A DNA stretch of 64,000 nt from Chthoniobacteraceae bacterium (lineage in GTDB: Bacteria > Verrucomicrobiota > Verrucomicrobiia > Chthoniobacterales > Chthoniobacteraceae). Both the position numbers and the translations under genes were made by a program. The notes beneath the pieces were generated by a model. That model saw only the letters and a list, made by a program, of their open reading frames with translations. It searched no databases and was not told the DNA's origin. Shown here piece after piece: positions 1-9,376 of this stretch. The DNA lies in assembly GCA_031409335.1 (NCBI GenBank), contig JANNWY010000196.1:1-64000 (forward strand), in the 5' to 3' direction. Every line of letters begins with the position of its first letter. Position 1 is the stretch's first letter.

Positions 1-183
1 CAGGGCAAAGTGCTCGCCTGCGGCACACCCGATGAAATGCGCGCGATGGACCACGCGGAAGTGCAGCAATTCATCAACGGCGAGCCCGACGGCCCCGTGC
101 CGCTCAAACTTTCGCAGGACGATTACATCACCCGCCTGCTCGGCCGCCCGCGGCACAAGCACAACGCCTTTTCGCAGCCATGA
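1..183 (+). CDS. C-terminal part of an MlaF-like ABC transporter ATP-binding protein (5' end outside window)
   Basis: Frame 1 reads QGKVLACGTPDEMRAMDHAEVQQFINGEPDGPVP...SQP*, a typical MlaF/Mkl tail. Its stop overlaps the MlaD-family start (ATGA). Confidence 0.8.
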   Translation, partial: QGKVLACGTPDEMRAMDHAEVQQFINGEPDGPVPLKLSQDDYITRLLGRPRHKHNAFSQP

Positions 184-1136
184 AAAAGAACGCTTCCGAT
201 TACTTCGTCGCGCTTTCCGTGATCGCCTGCAGCATCATGCTGCTCGGCGCGCTGACCTACGCGCTCGGCGGCTGGAAGCCTGCCAGCAAGGGGCGCACAC
301 TCGAAGTCGATTTTGCCGATGTCACCGGCGTGAAACTTCACTCCGAAGTCCGCTACGCCGGAGCGCCCGCGGGCTCCGTTTCCGCCATTCGCCTGCTCGG
401 CGAGCAGGAGCGCATCGCGCTGCCCGCGGACAAACGTCGCAACGCCGTCCGCGTGTCCGTCCAGCTCGCGGACGACCTCGCGGCGCTCCCCGGCGATGTC
501 GCTGTCAGCATCAGCTCCGACACGATGCTGAGCGACAAATTCATCGCGCTTTCCGGCGGTTCCGCCGACGCACCGCGCCTCGCCGACCGCGCGCTGCTGC
601 AGGGCCGCGGTGGAGGAAATATCGACGAGCTGATCAACTCCATCGGCCCGTTCCTCGAAAAAGCGCAGGACGCGATCGCGGCCATCGAGCCGCTTTTGAA
701 AAAGACCAGCGAAGCCGTGGACGCGGTGAAGATGGGCGTGAACGACATCCTGCCGAAGGTCGGCGAAGTGGCGATTTCGCTGAAACAAACGAGCGCGTCC
801 GCCGATTCGCTGCTGAAACACGCCGACGAAATGATCGCCGAGGTGAAAGGCCCGCTGAAAACCGATCTCGTCGAGTTGCGCACGACGCTCGCGCGGATGC
901 AGGACGCGATGAAATCCGCCAACTCGCTGATCAATCGCACCGACAAAAACCTCGATATGCGGATGACGGAACTCGGCGTGATTTTGCAAAACCTGAAAGT
1001 CGTGAGCACCCACGCCAAAGCCTTTGCGCAAGCCATCGGCGAGAAACCGAACCGCGTGATCTTCAGCGGCAAAGCGCAGCCGCTGCCGTCCGAGGAATCC
1101 ATCATCCGCAGCTCGCGGCCTGTCCCGGTGCGGTAG
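180..1136 (+). CDS. MlaD/MCE family protein
   Basis: N-terminal TM helix, MCE motif FADVTGVKLHSEVRYAGAPAGSV...SDTMLSDKFIALSGG, then a long helical region. Confidence 0.9.
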   Translation: MKKNASDYFVALSVIACSIMLLGALTYALGGWKPASKGRTLEVDFADVTGVKLHSEVRYAGAPAGSVSAIRLLGEQERIALPADKRRNAVRVSVQLADDLAALPGDVAVSISSDTMLSDKFIALSGGSADAPRLADRALLQGRGGGNIDELINSIGPFLEKAQDAIAAIEPLLKKTSEAVDAVKMGVNDILPKVGEVAISLKQTSASADSLLKHADEMIAEVKGPLKTDLVELRTTLARMQDAMKSANSLINRTDKNLDMRMTELGVILQNLKVVSTHAKAFAQAIGEKPNRVIFSGKAQPLPSEESIIRSSRPVPVR

Positions 1137-1151
1137 GGCAGTCTAGCGCGA

Positions 1152-1916
1152 CTATTTTTTCAACGCCCAGACAACCGCGTTGGTGAGCAGTCGGCGAAAG
1201 TCTGCGTTCTGAAAATCATCGGGATGGCCGAGCGATGTGTAGAAAATGCGCGTCGATTTTGGGGCGAGGATGCGCGTCCACGCCACCGGCTCGGGCGCTT
1301 CGCCGACGATGGTGCCGATGAGCAGCGGCAGCGTTTCGTTTTCGAGCGGGCTCACTTTGTAGAGCGAGCCGCGCGTCTTGAGATCTGCGATGGCGACGCC
1401 GCGCAAAATCGCGTGCGCGTCGGCTCGCGGCGCGATCGAAATGACCGGGAACTTTTCGTTTCCGTGATGATTCGTGTAGTTCCCGCCGAATACTTCGGGG
1501 TCGAATGTCTGCCACGTCGCGAGCGCCGGATCGTTCAGCTTTTCCTTGGCCCGCAGCGCGAACGCGTGACTCGCGGTGCGGATGCCGATGAGCGGTTTTC
1601 CCGCGGCGAGATGCGCGCGCACGGCGTCGAGTTGATCCTTCGGCGGAGTGCGGCGGCGGACGCTGATGAAAAGCAAATCAGCGTCGCGCAGCGCCGTGAC
1701 GAGATTTGGAAAACTGTTTTTGTCCGCCGCGTCGGCGGTGACGATCGAGATGCGATGGCCAAGCGGCTTCAGCTCTTTTTCGGCGAACTCTGGCAGCGTT
1801 TCCGCCGTGCGGTATTCATCCTCGCCGATCATGAAAACGAGGTGCGCCGCTTCAGCCGCGGGCAACCCGCCGAGGCCGATCAGCAAACAAACGAGCAGGC
1901 GAAGTAGTGAAATCAT
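1152..1916 (-). CDS. ThuA-like (trehalose utilisation, GATase-like fold) secreted protein
   Basis: Signal peptide; GKPLIGIRTASHAF; EPVAWTR...RIFYTSLGHPDDF motifs. Confidence 0.85.
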   Translation of the reverse strand: MISLLRLLVCLLIGLGGLPAAEAAHLVFMIGEDEYRTAETLPEFAEKELKPLGHRISIVTADAADKNSFPNLVTALRDADLLFISVRRRTPPKDQLDAVRAHLAAGKPLIGIRTASHAFALRAKEKLNDPALATWQTFDPEVFGGNYTNHHGNEKFPVISIAPRADAHAILRGVAIADLKTRGSLYKVSPLENETLPLLIGTIVGEAPEPVAWTRILAPKSTRIFYTSLGHPDDFQNADFRRLLTNAVVWALKK

Positions 1917-4504
1917 TTGAGCGATTTGATGAAGAGGATCACGGAGTCGATTTGCGTGTCGGTGAGCACGCCCGCGTACGGCGGCATCCCAGCTTCCACT
2001 TTCTCAAAACCTTTCACGACTTTCGCCGCCGGATCGACGATCGACTCGCGCAGATACGCTTCGTCCACGATGACGCCCGGCGCTTTCGCGATGTCCCGTT
2101 TCATCCCGAAAATGCCGCGCCAGCCCGGCCCGATCTTCGGCTGCGGCGCGGCGTCCGCGGAGTGGCAGGCCATGCAACCCATCATTTTGTAAACGCGCTC
2201 ACCTTCTGCCGCGCTCGCCGGTTCCTCGTGGCGTTTCGTCATCGCGCGCGGCGTGAGATCGACGGTGATTTTGCCAAAACCTTCCACCGCCGGATCGAAC
2301 TGCGCGAGTTCGTGCAGCGTGAAGTAAGCGGCCTCGCCAAACTTCGCGCCGCCCGCGATCGCGAGCGACCAGCCAATGCGCATCTGCATTACCGGCTTCA
2401 TCCCCGGCACGCCGACGAAAACTCCGCGCCCGTCTCTGGAAAGGTACGCACTGCTCGGCGTCAGCCAGTCCTGGCCGGGCTTGCCGTCGGTTTTGAGATG
2501 CGGCGAGCCGTAGTTGAAAGTGCGTTTGTAGTGCCAGCTTTCGAGCGAGTAGCTCGCGGGGTCGATGGCGGCGACGGGATCGAGCGCCACGTCGAAACGC
2601 AGCAGCACGCCATTTTCCATCGGCACGATTTCGCGCGGCAGCGTGCAAGGCGCGCCGGTGTAGCGCAGACGACCGAGCGCGCTGAGTCGTTTCGCCGTCG
2701 TGCCCCAGCCGGCGAGCTGAAATCCGGCGACGTAAAGACAGCCGTCCGTAGGATTCATCGTCGCGTTCAACGCCGGCACATCGAAGTCGCGCGCGATCGT
2801 GACGACCGCAGCCTGCGGCTTCGCGGTGCGCGTGTTCAGCATCACGCGGAAAAGTTCGGGGCGATTGAAGCCGACGTGGACCAGCGCATCGTCGAGCGGC
2901 CCCATCTTTCCACCGACGAGCCACGCCTGCGCGGCGGCGGACGGATTCACCGTGTGCGGGATCCACGTGAGCGGATCGGCAATCGGCGCGGGATATTTTT
3001 CGCGCGGCAAAAGCTCGCTGAGGTAGCCGTGATATTCGCCGCCGCGCACGATGTAGAGCGGCGTCGCGGGCGTGTAGTGGCCCTCCTGATCGCTCGCCGT
3101 CACGACCCCCGTGCGCGGATGCACGCTGGCAAATGGCTGGCGAAATCCGACGCCGAGCGTGGTGAAACTGCGCCCGTCCGGCGCGACGCGGAGCACGCTG
3201 CCATTGAGCCGGCTGATGGTGGAAGCCTGCTGGCCGCCTTTCGCGACGATGAACGAACCGTCGGGCGCGAGTTTCAGCGAGTTCGGGAATTCCCGCGTCT
3301 CGGCGGACTGCGGAAAGACGTTCGAGAAAAGCTCATGCACATCGGCCTCGCCATCGGCATTCGTGTCGCGCAAACGCCAGATGCCGAGGCGGTCGAGGAC
3401 AAAAATTTCGCCAGCGCGAACGACGAGGCTCATCGGTTCATCGAGCCCGGATGCGAAGCGCCGCCACTGCACGTCGCCGGGCTTTTCGCCGAGGCCGCGG
3501 ATCATCCACACATCGCCATCGAACGCGCTGGCCACCGCCGTGCCATCCGCAAAAAACGCGATGTCGCTGAGGCGTAAATTGCGCCGCCACGGGTTGTCCA
3601 TCGGCAGCGGGATGTCGTCGATGACGTGCGCGTCTTTCGCGCGGGAAAGCACGGCGCGCGTGGTGATGGTCTGCGGCCAGCGTGGTGCGTTCGGCGTGGG
3701 CTTCGCGATCGCTGTCGCGCGCGGCGGAGTTTTTCCATCGCTGATTGCCACGGCGAATTCGATCGCCGAATCGTGCGGCGCGATCCGCAGCGCCCACGCA
3801 CTTTCGCTTTCTGTCAAAGTGACCGCGTTTCCCGCATCTGGCGTGAGCGCGAATGCCGCGTGGCTCACCGCCTTTTGCGCGAGCACGAGCGTGAGCGGAC
3901 GCGCGCTCGGAGCGACGCGGAAATTTCGCACAACTACGCTCGCGCCCGCCGTCATCCATTCCTCCACCGCCGCCCCGTTCGCGGTGTATTCCAGCACCAC
4001 GCCATTCGCGCCAAGCCGCACGGCATTGAATCGCGAATCCTCCGCGAGCGGCCCGCGGCCCGGCTCCTCCGCGCTCGTCTCCGGCACACGCGGATCGACG
4101 AGCGAAATCGCGCCGCCACTTTGCCAGCCAGGATACACGCCATTCACGAGCCAAACGTCGCCGTCTGGCTTCGGCAGCTTGTCCTGACCGCCGATCGTTT
4201 TGAGATGCGTGTCCTGATAAGTGAGCGGGCCGAGTGCTTCGGGCGTCACGCCTTTTCCCCGCCAGATCGCCGCGACGCGGAGCAGCTCCGTGTCAAAACA
4301 CACCCAGCAATCGTGCCCGAGATTCAGCACCAATCCGCGCGGCGTGACGTTGAATGGCGTCGCGTTCGGCTGGAGCGCGCGCAGATCGAGCGACGAAGAG
4401 AAAAACGGGAAACCCGGCTCGACCCACGCCGCGTAACGATCGGCGGCGGCGAGTGGCGCGGCAGCGAGCGCGCAAAATGAAAAGCTGAGAACGAGTCGGC
4501 GCAT
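1913..4504 (-). CDS. Secreted PVC-type beta-propeller/cytochrome c protein (DUF6797-like)
   Basis: Signal peptide; DNPWRRNLRLSDIAF, GFRQPF, YGSPH motifs; C-terminal haem motif CMACH followed by YLRESIVDPAAKVVKGF...MPPY. Confidence 0.75.
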   Translation of the reverse strand: MRRLVLSFSFCALAAAPLAAADRYAAWVEPGFPFFSSSLDLRALQPNATPFNVTPRGLVLNLGHDCWVCFDTELLRVAAIWRGKGVTPEALGPLTYQDTHLKTIGGQDKLPKPDGDVWLVNGVYPGWQSGGAISLVDPRVPETSAEEPGRGPLAEDSRFNAVRLGANGVVLEYTANGAAVEEWMTAGASVVVRNFRVAPSARPLTLVLAQKAVSHAAFALTPDAGNAVTLTESESAWALRIAPHDSAIEFAVAISDGKTPPRATAIAKPTPNAPRWPQTITTRAVLSRAKDAHVIDDIPLPMDNPWRRNLRLSDIAFFADGTAVASAFDGDVWMIRGLGEKPGDVQWRRFASGLDEPMSLVVRAGEIFVLDRLGIWRLRDTNADGEADVHELFSNVFPQSAETREFPNSLKLAPDGSFIVAKGGQQASTISRLNGSVLRVAPDGRSFTTLGVGFRQPFASVHPRTGVVTASDQEGHYTPATPLYIVRGGEYHGYLSELLPREKYPAPIADPLTWIPHTVNPSAAAQAWLVGGKMGPLDDALVHVGFNRPELFRVMLNTRTAKPQAAVVTIARDFDVPALNATMNPTDGCLYVAGFQLAGWGTTAKRLSALGRLRYTGAPCTLPREIVPMENGVLLRFDVALDPVAAIDPASYSLESWHYKRTFNYGSPHLKTDGKPGQDWLTPSSAYLSRDGRGVFVGVPGMKPVMQMRIGWSLAIAGGAKFGEAAYFTLHELAQFDPAVEGFGKITVDLTPRAMTKRHEEPASAAEGERVYKMMGCMACHSADAAPQPKIGPGWRGIFGMKRDIAKAPGVIVDEAYLRESIVDPAAKVVKGFEKVEAGMPPYAGVLTDTQIDSVILFIKSLK

Positions 4505-4565
4505 GACGGGAAGCGCCGCACGTCACTGCAATCGGCGCGGCGGTTCAAGGTCGCACGCCGGATAA

Positions 4566-4973
4566 TCAAGGTCGGCGCAGGCGGAAAAAATAGTTCCCGC
4601 CGGGCGGTCCCCAGATCACCTGCTTTTCCTCGCCCACGATCATCGGCGCGAGCGCGACATCGCTCCAAGTCGTCGGCAGCAGGCCAGGCGAGGCTTGCAG
4701 GGTGAAACTGGTCGAGGGATTCGGCCACGCGAGCACGATGTTTTGCTGCGCGAGAAAGATGCGCAGTCGCGGCAGCGGATCGTTTTCCAGACTCCAGTAC
4801 CCGCCGAAAAATCCCGCCCCACTCACCGCATCGAGCTGACCGAGCGTGCCATCGAGCACGTATGCGCCGTGCGCGCCGGAGCCGCCGCCGGCATCCATCG
4901 TGGACCAGTCGATCGTGTATTGCGCGCTGGCATTCGCGACTGCGGCGAGGAGGAGAAGGAGCGTGGTTTTCAT
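4566..4973 (-). CDS. Small secreted protein (YTIDWSTMDAGGG family) with C-terminal 'LAWP...FFRL' domain
   Basis: ATG at 4973 gives the signal peptide MKTTLLLLLAAVANASA. It starts 2 nt after the upstream stop. 135 aa. Confidence 0.8.
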   Translation of the reverse strand: MKTTLLLLLAAVANASAQYTIDWSTMDAGGGSGAHGAYVLDGTLGQLDAVSGAGFFGGYWSLENDPLPRLRIFLAQQNIVLAWPNPSTSFTLQASPGLLPTTWSDVALAPMIVGEEKQVIWGPPGGNYFFRLRRP

Positions 4974-4975
4974 GG

Positions 4976-7546
4976 CTAGCGTTGGATGGTGACGGTGCCG
5001 TCGGCTTCGTAGAAATCGTAGCGGCGGATGGTCATCGGCGTGGTGAAAAGTTGGTTCACCGGATAGTTCCCGCCGCGGATGTAGAGCCGCGTGCCGGAAG
5101 GCGAGCTGGTCAGCGCGGTGCCAACCGCGGGCCACGGGCCGCCAAACGGCGGCAAAGTTTGCAGCGAATCTTTGAGCCCGTTTGGCGCGACGTTGCCGAG
5201 GCTGTGCGCGACGTAGCGCGTGTTGATTCGCGGGCGGATTCCGAGCGCCACGTCATACATGCCGTGGCCGTTCAGCGTCGCGAAAGAATTCAGCCCGCTG
5301 GTTTCGCCGCCGGGCTGGATTTCACTCAGGCGCATCGCGCGGGCATTTGAAAATGGGAGCGGGCGCGGGCCGATCGTGGGGAGATGATCCTCCGACGCCT
5401 CGTCGGCGATCATCTGGTCGATGTCGTACACACTCGCGAGCCGATCGCTGTGGATGTGCGTGTGCGGCGCGCCGGACGCGCCGGAATTTCCCATGCGTCC
5501 GAGCACCTGCCCGGCACCGACGATCGCGCCAGCTTTGATCACGTTCGCATCCACGCTGCCATCCTGAAGGTGCGCGTAGAGCACGCGGCAATTTCCGTGC
5601 AGCACATAGACGGCGTTGCCACCGCCATTCGCGTAATCCCAAATCATGATTTTCAAATTGCCGCCCGGTGTCCGCGTGGCCGCGAAAAACTGCGCGCTGG
5701 TCGGCTCGTCGATGCTGATCCGGTTCACGGCCACGTCCTGATTTTGCGCGGAAAATTGGAACGTCGTTTCCGGCGGAGTTTCCGTGAAATCGGGCGTGCC
5801 CCAGAGGTTGATTTTGAAAACGCCGCCCGCCGTGAGGAGCGAGGCGGTTGTTACGTTGTCGCCCGCCGCGCGGCACATCGCGAGGGCCGAATCGAGGATC
5901 GCCGGGCCGTTCACTTGCGATTCCGCGGCAATGCTCTGGCCGTTCGCCGCGGGCAGCCACCGCGTCACCTGCAAAAGCCCGCCGGGACTGGTGCGCGCGG
6001 CGGTCACGCACGAGACCACGTTCACGTCGTCCTCGTTTTTGTGCTTCGTTTTCGCCGCGACCACGCGCGAGATCGCGCCCCCCGTTTGTTCGCCTTTGCG
6101 CGTCAGCGTGTAGATCGGGCCGGCGCGCGCGGAGTAGTCCCACACGATCACTTTCAAAAGACCATCGCTCGCCCGCATCGAGGCGACGAGCCGCGTCCCG
6201 GTCAGCGCGGTGATGTTCACCGAAGTCGCCCCGCCCGCGCTGTCATCGATGCGTTTGTACGGGTTGTCGCCCACGACTTCCCACACCGCGACGCGCAGAT
6301 TTCCCGCCGCATCGCGCACCGCCGTGGCGAAACGGGTCGCCGACATTTTCATCAGCGACATTTCACTAAAATCGCCCAGCGCCCAATCCTCCTGACCGAG
6401 CCGGCCCACCGTTTGTCCATCGGAGGAAATGCTCCACACCACCGCGCGCAGATTGCCATTCGTCAGGCGGAAAGTCGTGACCACGCGCGTGATCCTCGCG
6501 TCCTGCGGATCCTCGGCCAGCTCGTCGATTTCGATGTCGGTCACGAGGTCCGCGGATTCGGCGGGCAGCGACGAACCGAGCCGCGTGAGCTGCCGCCCGC
6601 CGTTGGCCATGTCCCACACGCTGATCTGAAAATTCCCGCCCGGCAGCCGCGTTAGCGTGGCCGCGCGCGAGGGGTCGGCGAGTTTCGGTTTGGCGGAATC
6701 TTTGGGGCCGAGCCGCGTCACTTTCACATCCTGGATCGCCTCGCCGGTGTCCTCCGCCAGCTTTTGAAAAGCGCGTGTCCCCGCCGTGGGATTGTTCACC
6801 CAGCCGAGCGAAGTCCGCAGCACCACGCCATCCGACAACGCGCGAATCGGGATGCCCCAGCCGAGATGATCCGCATTCACCGAAGACGTGCCGCCGCTGC
6901 GCACGGTCGAACTCTCGCCGCCGCCGAGCAGCCGGTACACTTTCCAATCCGCGCCCAAGTGCTGGTTGCCCAGCCCGGTGTCCTTGTCCGTCCCGTGCGC
7001 GTGGCTGTCGGAAAAATATTCGCCCGGCCCGAGGTCGCCTTCATCGGCGTGGAAAAAATATCTGCCGCCCGGCACCGCTGGCACATACGGCGTGAGCGCG
7101 CGCTGCACGGAGACCGGGTCCGTGTAGGTGTCGAAATAAAGGCTGACGACGACCGCGAACGGCGCGGGAAGATTCAGCACCACGATCTCGTCGATGCCAC
7201 CGCTGGTCCCTTCGTCTATGAGACCATCGGTCAGCGTCGCGTTGGGGATCACGGTTTTGTCGCGGGGAAAATCGCGCACGATCGGGATGAAGCCGGTCAG
7301 AAAGCTGAGGCGGATTTTGTTCAGCCGCAGATCGACTCCGAGCGTGTTGGTAAATTTCACCGCGGCCCAGAAGCGCCCCGTCGCCGGTTCGTTGCCGGAT
7401 TCCGCGCCCATCACCGCGTAAATCAGCGGCCCGTTTTCATCCGGCTCGGTCGGCTGCACGGTGAAAGTGATCGGTGGCGCGTCGGCCAGGCCCTGCCCGG
7501 CAAGGCTGGCCCAAACAAGGATTGCAGCGATGGTAAAGATTTTCAT
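4976..7546 (-). CDS. Secreted M23-family peptidase with large repeat (beta-propeller-like) insertion
   Basis: HLGAD (HxxxD) and GIPIRALSDGVV in the N-terminal half; GNAVYVLH..YAHLQDGS..GQVLGRMGNSGASGAPHTHIH (HxH) in the C-terminal half; repeated R..GNL(K/R)..W units between them. Confidence 0.75.
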   Translation of the reverse strand: MKIFTIAAILVWASLAGQGLADAPPITFTVQPTEPDENGPLIYAVMGAESGNEPATGRFWAAVKFTNTLGVDLRLNKIRLSFLTGFIPIVRDFPRDKTVIPNATLTDGLIDEGTSGGIDEIVVLNLPAPFAVVVSLYFDTYTDPVSVQRALTPYVPAVPGGRYFFHADEGDLGPGEYFSDSHAHGTDKDTGLGNQHLGADWKVYRLLGGGESSTVRSGGTSSVNADHLGWGIPIRALSDGVVLRTSLGWVNNPTAGTRAFQKLAEDTGEAIQDVKVTRLGPKDSAKPKLADPSRAATLTRLPGGNFQISVWDMANGGRQLTRLGSSLPAESADLVTDIEIDELAEDPQDARITRVVTTFRLTNGNLRAVVWSISSDGQTVGRLGQEDWALGDFSEMSLMKMSATRFATAVRDAAGNLRVAVWEVVGDNPYKRIDDSAGGATSVNITALTGTRLVASMRASDGLLKVIVWDYSARAGPIYTLTRKGEQTGGAISRVVAAKTKHKNEDDVNVVSCVTAARTSPGGLLQVTRWLPAANGQSIAAESQVNGPAILDSALAMCRAAGDNVTTASLLTAGGVFKINLWGTPDFTETPPETTFQFSAQNQDVAVNRISIDEPTSAQFFAATRTPGGNLKIMIWDYANGGGNAVYVLHGNCRVLYAHLQDGSVDANVIKAGAIVGAGQVLGRMGNSGASGAPHTHIHSDRLASVYDIDQMIADEASEDHLPTIGPRPLPFSNARAMRLSEIQPGGETSGLNSFATLNGHGMYDVALGIRPRINTRYVAHSLGNVAPNGLKDSLQTLPPFGGPWPAVGTALTSSPSGTRLYIRGGNYPVNQLFTTPMTIRRYDFYEADGTVTIQR

Positions 7547-7565
7547 GGCGTGTTCCTCCGTGAAT

Positions 7566-9188
7566 TTACTGAAGCGAAACGAGCACCAGCACGAGCCCGC
7601 GACCGCTCGCCAGCGGCGTCATCGCTTTGCCGATGATCGCGCCGTGCCCGCGCGCGTGATCGTCCACTTTCATCCCGTGCCCCGGCGTGTCCGAGGTGGT
7701 GATGAGATCGCCCGGCTCGATCGCGCCGCGCTCCGCATCCACGAAACAAAAGACGCGTCCCGAGAGCGCCACCGGATGCGCGCCATCCGCGATGCTGCCG
7801 CGCTGGCCCATGCGCAAGCCGGGCTTCACGCCGCCCGCGCCGCTCACCACACCAGCCACCGTGCGATCGTAGGCGCGGTCGCTCAGCGCGAGTTCGCCGG
7901 GATGCGCGGCGTCGATTTTCACGAGCATCCCTGGCTGCGCGGCGTCGGAGCGAATGTCGAAATTTTCCGAAAAATCGCTGCCCGCCGTGATCTCCAGCAC
8001 CTGCGTCGAGATGCGCCCTTCGCCACCGAAATCCGCATCGAGCACGATCGACGGATTGCCGCCCGCGCCTTTGTAGAGCGCGATCTGCGCGCCATTGCCC
8101 GCGCCTTCCGCGGCCTCGATGAAAACCGTCGTCGTGCCGTCTTCATCCTTCAAAACCAGCTCGCCGCCGAAGTTCGCGCCCTGGCCGTCGAGTTCCGCGC
8201 GCAGCGCTCCCGCGTCGTTGAAAACTTGCACGACTCCGCCGAGCCCATTGCCCTGATCGCCATCGAGCAGCACCGTCCGCGTGGGTGCCGCATTGTAAAC
8301 GGAGATCGAGCCCGCGCCCTGATCGTCGGCATCGAGCATCAGCGTCCGGGCGGACGTGCCGCTGCTCAGATTCATGATCGCGCCCTGGCCGCCGCCAAAC
8401 GAAGCGTCGATCTGCACCGTCTCGAAACCGCTGGCCACGCGCAACGACAACGAGCCCGCCTCGCCGACATCGTCCGAGTTCAAAACCACCGTCGCCGTGC
8501 TGCTGGAATTGTAAAGCGTGAGCAGGCTGCCGCGTTCCAGCGAATCGCCATCGAGCGTGAAAGTCTGCGCGCCGAGCCCGTTGCGCAGCGTGAAAAGCGC
8601 GCCCTGTCCCGCGCCAGTCGAGGCATCGAGCGTCACCGTTTCCGTGCCGATTTGGTTAAAGCGCAAATCGGTGAGCGTGATGTCGTCCGCGAGCTGCGCC
8701 GAGCCCACCGCGCCCGTGGAAAGTTTCGCGCTGGTGATGCTCCCGTCCGGCACCGTCTGCGCGAAAAGCGCGTAGCCGACCGCCGTGATCGCGTGATCCG
8801 CGATCACCCCCGGCACGATCACACCATCGCTAAACCAAATGCGCACGCGCAGCCCCGCATTCGCAAAGATCGCCGCCGGAATCGGCGTCACCATGCCCGG
8901 CACCGCGGTATCGCCGAGGCCCACGGAGAAGAGCCCGTTGTTCACCGGCAAATTCACCGCCGTCACCGGAATCCCCGCGCCCGCGCTGGAGCTATCGTGG
9001 CTCCACAAACTCGCCAGCGGGCCTGGCCGGTAAATTACGAAACGGAACTGCCCGGTGCCGGTGAAATTCGCGCCGTTATTCGTGATCCGGCCTTGATACG
9101 TGACGACGCCAGGAGCCTGCCCGAACGAACACGCGACCGTGGCGAGAAGCAGAATGATGGTGAGTGCGGAGAAAGAGGTCAGTTTCAT
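7566..9188 (-). CDS. Secreted fibre-like protein (TYQGR N-domain, beta-repeat shaft, C-terminal intramolecular-chaperone/peptidase G2-like domain)
   Basis: Signal peptide; VTYQGRIT...NNGLFSVGLG; ~22-aa repeats of the form G..L.L.N..G..TV.LD; C-terminal DFSENF...GVVSGAGG...PVALSGRV...IEPGDLITTS..GHGMK...IIGKAM. Confidence 0.7.
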   Translation of the reverse strand: MKLTSFSALTIILLLATVACSFGQAPGVVTYQGRITNNGANFTGTGQFRFVIYRPGPLASLWSHDSSSAGAGIPVTAVNLPVNNGLFSVGLGDTAVPGMVTPIPAAIFANAGLRVRIWFSDGVIVPGVIADHAITAVGYALFAQTVPDGSITSAKLSTGAVGSAQLADDITLTDLRFNQIGTETVTLDASTGAGQGALFTLRNGLGAQTFTLDGDSLERGSLLTLYNSSSTATVVLNSDDVGEAGSLSLRVASGFETVQIDASFGGGQGAIMNLSSGTSARTLMLDADDQGAGSISVYNAAPTRTVLLDGDQGNGLGGVVQVFNDAGALRAELDGQGANFGGELVLKDEDGTTTVFIEAAEGAGNGAQIALYKGAGGNPSIVLDADFGGEGRISTQVLEITAGSDFSENFDIRSDAAQPGMLVKIDAAHPGELALSDRAYDRTVAGVVSGAGGVKPGLRMGQRGSIADGAHPVALSGRVFCFVDAERGAIEPGDLITTSDTPGHGMKVDDHARGHGAIIGKAMTPLASGRGLVLVLVSLQ

Positions 9189-9376
9189 CGGAGTGATAGG
9201 TTTTCACTCCATGTATTCAGAGCCGGCGCGGAAGTGTTACTGCGCGGCGATGGATTGTCTCGCGTAGCGATTGGGTGATTGAATCGATGCGAATGTTTTG
9301 GGCATCGACGCGGGATCGATTGGCCTTTTTCCTAATTCATTGCCGCGTTTGGCTAAAATCACGTCAGGCAACTGCA

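Noticed and set aside
1907..3577. Long opposite-strand or alternative-frame ORFs (also 7461-9278, 15159-17216, 49271-51646, 56066-58243, 58258-60291 and others)
   Set aside because: They overlap well-supported genes, are Arg/Ala-rich with no motifs, and are the expected shadow ORFs of high-GC DNA.
7566..9188. Prophage tail gene
   Set aside because: It has a signal peptide and there are no phage structural, integrase or terminase genes nearby.
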